Shown: positions 58,791 to 64,000 of the stretch, piece after piece | How positions within the stretch are numbered: the first letter of the stretch is position 1 | Layout: each line of letters starts with the position of its first letter | Source: Gemmatimonadales bacterium | Lineage (GTDB): Bacteria; Gemmatimonadota; Gemmatimonadetes; Gemmatimonadales; GWC2-71-9 | DNA length: 64,000 nt | NCBI GenBank assembly: GCA_965249575.1 | Contig: OZ252244.1 | Location: forward strand, 128,001 to 192,000 | Reading direction: 5' to 3' | Notes under the pieces: generated by a model | The model's input: only the letters and a program-made list of their open reading frames with translations | The model's database searches: none | What the model was told of the DNA's origin: nothing | Made by a program: the position numbers and the translations under genes

Positions 58791-60451
58791 GCGGCGCCCT
58801 CGATCACGACGCGGGTCGGGCGCGCGTGCTTTACGGCGTTGGTTACAGCCTCGCTGACGATATGGTAGAGGTGGTGGGCGACCCCCACATCGGTTACGGC
58901 AACGGCCTGGCTCACCTGGCAGGCACACGAAATACCAAACATCCCCTCGGTGTGGGCCGCGAGTTCCCCGAGGGCCTCGGCCAGGCTGCCGGTGTCGAGC
59001 GCCAGGAGATGCAGTCCCCGCGCCAAACTGCGCACGTCGGAGATCGCCCCGTCGATGAGGTCAGCGATTCTCAAGACATCTTTTCCGGACTGCGAGCCGA
59101 CATCCAGTCTCTCAGCCAGCGCCCGCGAAAAAAAGGCGATTCCAGTCAACCGCTGTCCCAGCCCGTCATGAAGATCTTGACCGATCCGACGTTGCTCGCG
59201 GACGCCCGCGCTCAGAATCTCCCGCTCCAGGCGTCGGCGCCATGTTACGTCCCGCGCGATCCCGTGGTAACCAATCACCTCGCCGTTCTTCGAGCGCCAC
59301 AACGTCGACGTGATGACGCAGTCGATCTCCACACCGTCCCGGCGACGAAGCTTCACGTCATAGTCCCGCACAGCTCCCTGCCGCATCATGATTTCTTGCA
59401 ATCGTTCTCGATCTCGCGGGTCGACGTAGGAGTCTCTGACGTTCAGACGAAGCATCTCTTCGCGCGTGTAGCCAAGTAGGTCCAACGTCGCATCGTTGCA
59501 GTCCATCACCTGCCCGCCTGGGGTGGTGACGTAGACCGCGTCCTGTGATCCCTCAAAGAGGCTTCGGTAGCGCTGCTCACTCTGCCGCAGGGCTTCCTGG
59601 GCCAACCTGCGCCCGGTGATGTCTCGCGCAATCCCTACGACCCTTGCGTCCCCGCTCCCATCCTCGACGGTGAGCCCGCTCTCATGCATCCACCCAATGG
59701 ATCCGTCGGGCCGAACGACCCGATACTCCTCGTCGAACCCAACCGAGTTCCGAGCCCGCTCATAAGCCTGGTGCATTCGCGGCGAATCGTCCGGATGAAC
59801 GGTGTGGGCCCACGTCGCGTCGGTCTCTCCGTTTCCCCCCTGAGTGCCCGTAGGCTCGGAGGGCGGGGAGCTCTGGTAGGCACGCCGTCGACCCTCCGCA
59901 TCCATCACCCAGAACACGGCATCAACGTTTTCTGCGAGCCGCCGGAGGCACCGCTCGTTGTCCCTGAGCGCCGCTTCCGCCTCGTGCCGGAATGTTGTGT
60001 CCCGCACGAGGGCCGTAACCTCGTCGGGGCCGCTCGCCACAATCCGAGCCTCGCGGTACCGCGTCCCCTTCGGCGTGAGGAGTCGATACTCCACTGTCTG
60101 CGGAGCGCCCGTCTGCAGCGCCTTCTCGTTCGCGACTTCCAGCCGCTCAACGACGTCGGAGGGCAGTATGTCCCGGATGTTCCGACCGACGATTTGATTC
60201 GTTGGGATGATCCCCGGAAACTCGATTGCTCGATTTGCGGCGAGGTAGGTTCCGTCCCCCGTACACCGCACGACGAGGTCCGGCACTATCGAGAGGGCAC
60301 TCTGGTATCGGCGATCCGCCGCCTGCAGTGACCGCTGCAGATCATCACGTGCGACCGCCACTCGCTCTAGCTCCTTCACGCGTCGACGCAACCGAGCCAC
60401 CTCCTGGTGGAGTCGCTCGTGGGCGGCATAAGACGCTCGTTGGGGAATCAC
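58733..60451 (-). pseudogene. Multi-PAS HisKA_3 sensor kinase, C-terminally truncated
   Basis: Three PAS-like domains, RIGQDLHDGLGQ, EAVTNAVKHA; G1/G2 boxes absent, runs out of frame into the regulator. Confidence 0.85.
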
Positions 60452-60654
60452 GGGGCGTTTCCACTGCGCGCGCGGGCGATGTGGCGCATGGACGGCTGTT
60501 GGATCGGGATCGCGCCGTCCCCGTGCACCGGTGCCAGAACTGGGCGTCCCTTGTCCAAGAGTCCCTGGTCTCTGTCGGTGACTCGACAAACCTAGGACAT
60601 GGGACGGACGGCCGCTAGCGAGTTGTTCGGCGGTCCCGAGCGAGGGGTGTTCGC

Positions 60655-61158
60655 CTACGGCGTGGGATCGTTGCCCCGCCGTCCACGTTTCGGCTCGAAG
60701 AACTCCCGCAGCAGCTCCGCGCACTCTTGCTCCATCACCCCACCCCGCACTTCCGGCGAGTGATTGAGCACCGGATGGCGCAGAAGGTCCCCGACGCTTC
60801 CTCCCATGCCGGTCTTGGGTTCGTACGCGCCGAACACGACCCGGCCGACGCGGGCGAGAACGGCTGCACCGGCACACTGCGCACACGGTTCGACCGTCAC
60901 GTAGAGAATGCCGTCCGTCAGCCGGTCGACACCGAGCGTTTTGAGCGCCGACCGTATCGCGGTCAGCTCGGCATGCCGGGTCAGGTCACGCTCCGCCACG
61001 GTCTCGTTGTGTGCGGTGGCGACGACCTGATCGCCAACCACTACGGCGGCTCCGATTGGTACTTCGCCGGTTGCCGCGCCGCACCGCGCCGCCTGGATGG
61101 CTGCCCGCATCCCCAGCTGGTCGACAGCGGTCGGCTTGGGACCCCTAGGCGCCGACAC
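60655..61158 (-). CDS. tadA: tRNA adenosine deaminase
   Basis: [23 protein letters not shown]. Confidence 0.88.
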   Translation of the reverse strand: MSAPRGPKPTAVDQLGMRAAIQAARCGAATGEVPIGAAVVVGDQVVATAHNETVAERDLTRHAELTAIRSALKTLGVDRLTDGILYVTVEPCAQCAGAAVLARVGRVVFGAYEPKTGMGGSVGDLLRHPVLNHSPEVRGGVMEQECAELLREFFEPKRGRRGNDPTP

Positions 61159-63775
61159 TCGCCGGCTCAGTTGCTGACGTGCGATCGATACGCTCGAACT
61201 CCAATCGTCGACCCCCGGAGGACCGCCGCACTTCGACGGTGTCGCCGTCGGCGAAGCGGCCCTCGAGGATCGCCAACGCGAGTGGATTCTGTATCTCCCG
61301 CTGGATGACCCGCTTCAGTGGCCGCGCCCCGTAGATCGGGTCGTAACCCTCGCCGATCAGGAGTTCTTTCACGTCGGGACGTACCTCGAGCCCCAAGCGT
61401 CTGTCGGCGAGCAGCGCCGCGACGCGCTCGAGCTGGAGGTCGATAATCTGAATGAGATCGTCACGATCGAGCGGACGGTAGAAGATGATGTCGTCGACCC
61501 GATTCAAGAACTCGGGCTTGAACGCCTGACGGAGCGCCTCGTTTACTCTGCGCTGCGCCTCGTCCCACTGGCGCTCGCCCAACTCCAGGAGCCACTGGCT
61601 ACCGACGTTGGACGTCATGATGATCACGGTATTACGGAAGCTGACCGTCCGGCCCTGGCTGTCCGTGAGACGCCCGTCGTCCAGGATCTGCAGCAATACG
61701 TTGAAGACGTCGGGGTGTGCTTTTTCGATCTCGTCGAACAACACTGTTGAATACGGCCGGCGGCGGACTGCTTCAGTGAGCTGCCCACCCTCTTCGTAGC
61801 CGATGTAGCCCGGAGGGGCGCCGATCATTCGGGCCACCGCGTGTTTTTCCATGTATTCCGACATGTCGAGCCGAACCAGGGCCCGCTCGTCGTCGAAGAG
61901 GAACTCCGCCAGAGCGCGCGCGGTCTCCGTCTTCCCGACGCCCGTCGGTCCAAGGAAGATGAAGCTGCCGATCGGCCGATTGGGATCCTGCAGGCCGGCG
62001 CGCGACCGGCGGACGGCGTTGGCCACCGCTTCTACCGCTTCCCCCTGCCCCACGACACGCCGGCCCAGCTCACCCTCGAGCTTGGTCAGCCGCTCCTTTT
62101 CGGACTCCATCATTCTCGTAACCGGAATGCCGGTCCACTTCGCGACGATCTCCGCTACGTCCTCGGCATCGACTTCTTCCTTCAAGTATTTCGCGCTTTT
62201 CTGAATTTCGCCGAGGCGGGCATCCTCCTCGACGATGGTACGCTCAAGATCGGGAAGGCGGCCATACGTGATCTCTGCCGCCCTCTGGAGGTCTCCCTCA
62301 CGAGTAGCCTGTTCGGCCTGGATGCGAGCGGCTTCGAGCTCCGCTTTCTTGTCGCGGAGGCGCTGAATCGCGGCCTTCTCCGCTTGCCATTGCGCCTTCA
62401 TGGCCTGCGACCGCTCGCCCAACTCTGCGAGCTCTCGCTTGACGGCATCACGCCGCTCTCGGCTGGCGTCATCCTTTTCCCGAGACAGCGCCTGCTCTTC
62501 GATCTTGAGCTGCACCATGCGCCGCTCGACTTCGTCGATGTCCTGCGGCAGGCTGTCGATCTCGATCCGCAGGCGGCTCGCAGCCTCGTCGATGAGATCG
62601 ATGGCCTTATCCGGCAGGAAGCGATCGCCGACGTACCGGTCCGAAAGCGTCGCGGCCGCGACGAGCGCGTTGTCCGTGATCCGTACGCCGTGGTGCACCT
62701 CGTAGCGCTCCTTGAGCCCCCGGAGGATCCCAATGGTATCTTCGACCGAGGGCTCTCCAACGAACACCGGCTGGAACCGCCGCTCGAGCGCCTTGTCCTT
62801 CTCGATTCGTTTGCGGTATTCGTCGAGCGTCGTGGCACCGACGACGTGCAGCTCTCCACGCGCCAGCGCCGGCTTCAGCATGTTCGAGGCATCGACCGCA
62901 CCCTCCGCCGCTCCAGCCCCAACGATGGTGTGCAGCTCGTCGATGAACACGACGTAGCGCCCCTCCTGGCTCGTCACTTCCTTCAATACGGCTTTGAGCC
63001 GTTCCTCGAACTCGCCCCGGTACTTGGCGCCGGCGAGCAGCTGCCCCATGTCGAGGACCAAGATCTGTTTCCCCTTCAGTGAGTCCGGCACGTCCCCATC
63101 GATGATGCGCGTTGCGAGGCCTTCGACGATTGCCGTCTTCCCGACGCCCGGCTCACCGATGAGCACTGGGTTGTTCTTGGTCCGGCGAGAGAGAACCTGC
63201 ACGACCCGACGGATCTCCTCGTCACGGCCTATGACCGGATCGAGCTTGCCTTGCCGCGCGAGGGCCGTGAGATCCTTCGTGAACCGCTCGAGCGCCTGAT
63301 ATTTCCCCTCCGGCTCGGCATCAGTCACCCGGTGGCTGCCCCGCACGGCCTCCAGCGCTTCGAGGAGTGTCTCGTGATTGATGCCTTTCGCCGCCAGGAG
63401 CGCACGCGCACTCGTCCCCTTCGTCTCCACGAGCGCCACCAGGACGTGCTCGGTCGAGATGAATGCATCGCCCAGTTGCTTCGCGACCCGATCCGCGGCG
63501 TCAAACGCCTCGCCCAGCTCGCGCGACATCGACGGTGCCGGGCCGCCAGTCTGCGTTGGAAGGCGATCCACCTCTTGTTCGACCGCGGCCGCGAGATCGC
63601 GCGTATCGAGCCCGGCCTTCTGGAGCACCGGGGTGACGATGCCTTCTTCCTGCCGGAGGAGTGCGAGCAACAGGTGCGCATCATTGACGACCGGATTGCC
63701 CCGTGCGCTCGCCAGCGCGGCGGCATCCTGTAGTGCTTCGTTGGCCTTCAACGTCAAACGATCAGGTCGGATCAT
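61145..63775 (-). CDS. clpB: Chaperone ClpB
   Basis: [21 protein letters not shown], coiled-coil M domain, [28 protein letters not shown]. Confidence 0.97.
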   Translation of the reverse strand: MIRPDRLTLKANEALQDAAALASARGNPVVNDAHLLLALLRQEEGIVTPVLQKAGLDTRDLAAAVEQEVDRLPTQTGGPAPSMSRELGEAFDAADRVAKQLGDAFISTEHVLVALVETKGTSARALLAAKGINHETLLEALEAVRGSHRVTDAEPEGKYQALERFTKDLTALARQGKLDPVIGRDEEIRRVVQVLSRRTKNNPVLIGEPGVGKTAIVEGLATRIIDGDVPDSLKGKQILVLDMGQLLAGAKYRGEFEERLKAVLKEVTSQEGRYVVFIDELHTIVGAGAAEGAVDASNMLKPALARGELHVVGATTLDEYRKRIEKDKALERRFQPVFVGEPSVEDTIGILRGLKERYEVHHGVRITDNALVAAATLSDRYVGDRFLPDKAIDLIDEAASRLRIEIDSLPQDIDEVERRMVQLKIEEQALSREKDDASRERRDAVKRELAELGERSQAMKAQWQAEKAAIQRLRDKKAELEAARIQAEQATREGDLQRAAEITYGRLPDLERTIVEEDARLGEIQKSAKYLKEEVDAEDVAEIVAKWTGIPVTRMMESEKERLTKLEGELGRRVVGQGEAVEAVANAVRRSRAGLQDPNRPIGSFIFLGPTGVGKTETARALAEFLFDDERALVRLDMSEYMEKHAVARMIGAPPGYIGYEEGGQLTEAVRRRPYSTVLFDEIEKAHPDVFNVLLQILDDGRLTDSQGRTVSFRNTVIIMTSNVGSQWLLELGERQWDEAQRRVNEALRQAFKPEFLNRVDDIIFYRPLDRDDLIQIIDLQLERVAALLADRRLGLEVRPDVKELLIGEGYDPIYGARPLKRVIQREIQNPLALAILEGRFADGDTVEVRRSSGGRRLEFERIDRTSATEPASVGA

Positions 63776-63872
63776 CTCCGGGTGTCAGGCTCCGAGTGTG
63801 AGGGTTCAGGTATTGGTTTCGTGGTCCCCAAGGCCGGCCTTTACGGGCGCACGTCAACCGTGGAGTGGTAGG

Positions 63873-63887
63873 GCAACCATTGTGCCC
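63873..63887 (-). promoter_or_regulatory. Candidate sigma-54 promoter of clpB-tadA
   Basis: Minus strand GGGCAC-AATGG-TTGC. Confidence 0.6.
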
Positions 63888-64000
63888 CGGAAAAGCTGTC
63901 ATTTCTGCGCATTACTGCCAAAAAGACAGACGCGCCGTTCCGGTTGAAACGACGCGTCATCGTCGCAAATGCGATCGAGTGCGATCGATTACTTCACGAT

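Noticed and set aside
60655..61158. Novel deaminase or editing system
   Set aside because: Ordinary TadA size and motifs in a housekeeping context
63830..63841. 12-bp palindrome AAGGCCGGCCTT upstream of clpB
   Set aside because: Matches no known operator; kept only as a reminder that such palindromes arise by chance
1..64000. CRISPR array, integrase, transposase, prophage or defence genes
   Set aside because: No spaced repeat array and no ORF with recognisable recombinase, Cas, phage or restriction motifs

Overview
High-GC bacterial chromosome segment; gene order and the abundance of eukaryote-like Ser/Thr kinases and lipoproteins suggest Gemmatimonadota (inference). 1-22 kb is mostly core genome: a nearly gap-free minus-strand run (site-2 protease, scpA, scpB, rluB, an unknown Rossmann-fold protein, MoxR-DUF58-Bat cluster, mutL, miaA, bshA, uppP, birA), rpsT, an unannotated ~160-nt 6S-like RNA rod, pyrRBC and tRNA-Ser(CGA). 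The ~33 kb between tRNA-Ser(CGA) and tRNA-Ser(GGA) is a patchwork of accessory modules: esterase/MFS/proline-racemase-family variant, 2-oxoacid:ferredoxin oxidoreductase, kinase-PEGA-lipoprotein cassettes, FNR/class IV aminotransferase/permease, a phosphorelay, leuB, SGNH, LOG, cytochrome c and PAP2. After the second tRNA come a direct-repeat-flanked phosphatase/AI-2E cassette, a broken two-component pair, tadA and clpB. Most notable: two enzymes with a substituted catalytic residue, each beside a transporter; three gene-breaking junctions that each carry a perfect palindrome; an amber codon in a lipoprotein signal peptide; heptamer-periodic direct repeats at a tRNA 3' end; and several candidate sigma-54 promoters. 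No CRISPR array, integrase, transposase or rRNA was seen. Single-base lesions could be sequencing errors. All calls are from motif recognition by eye; no searches were run.
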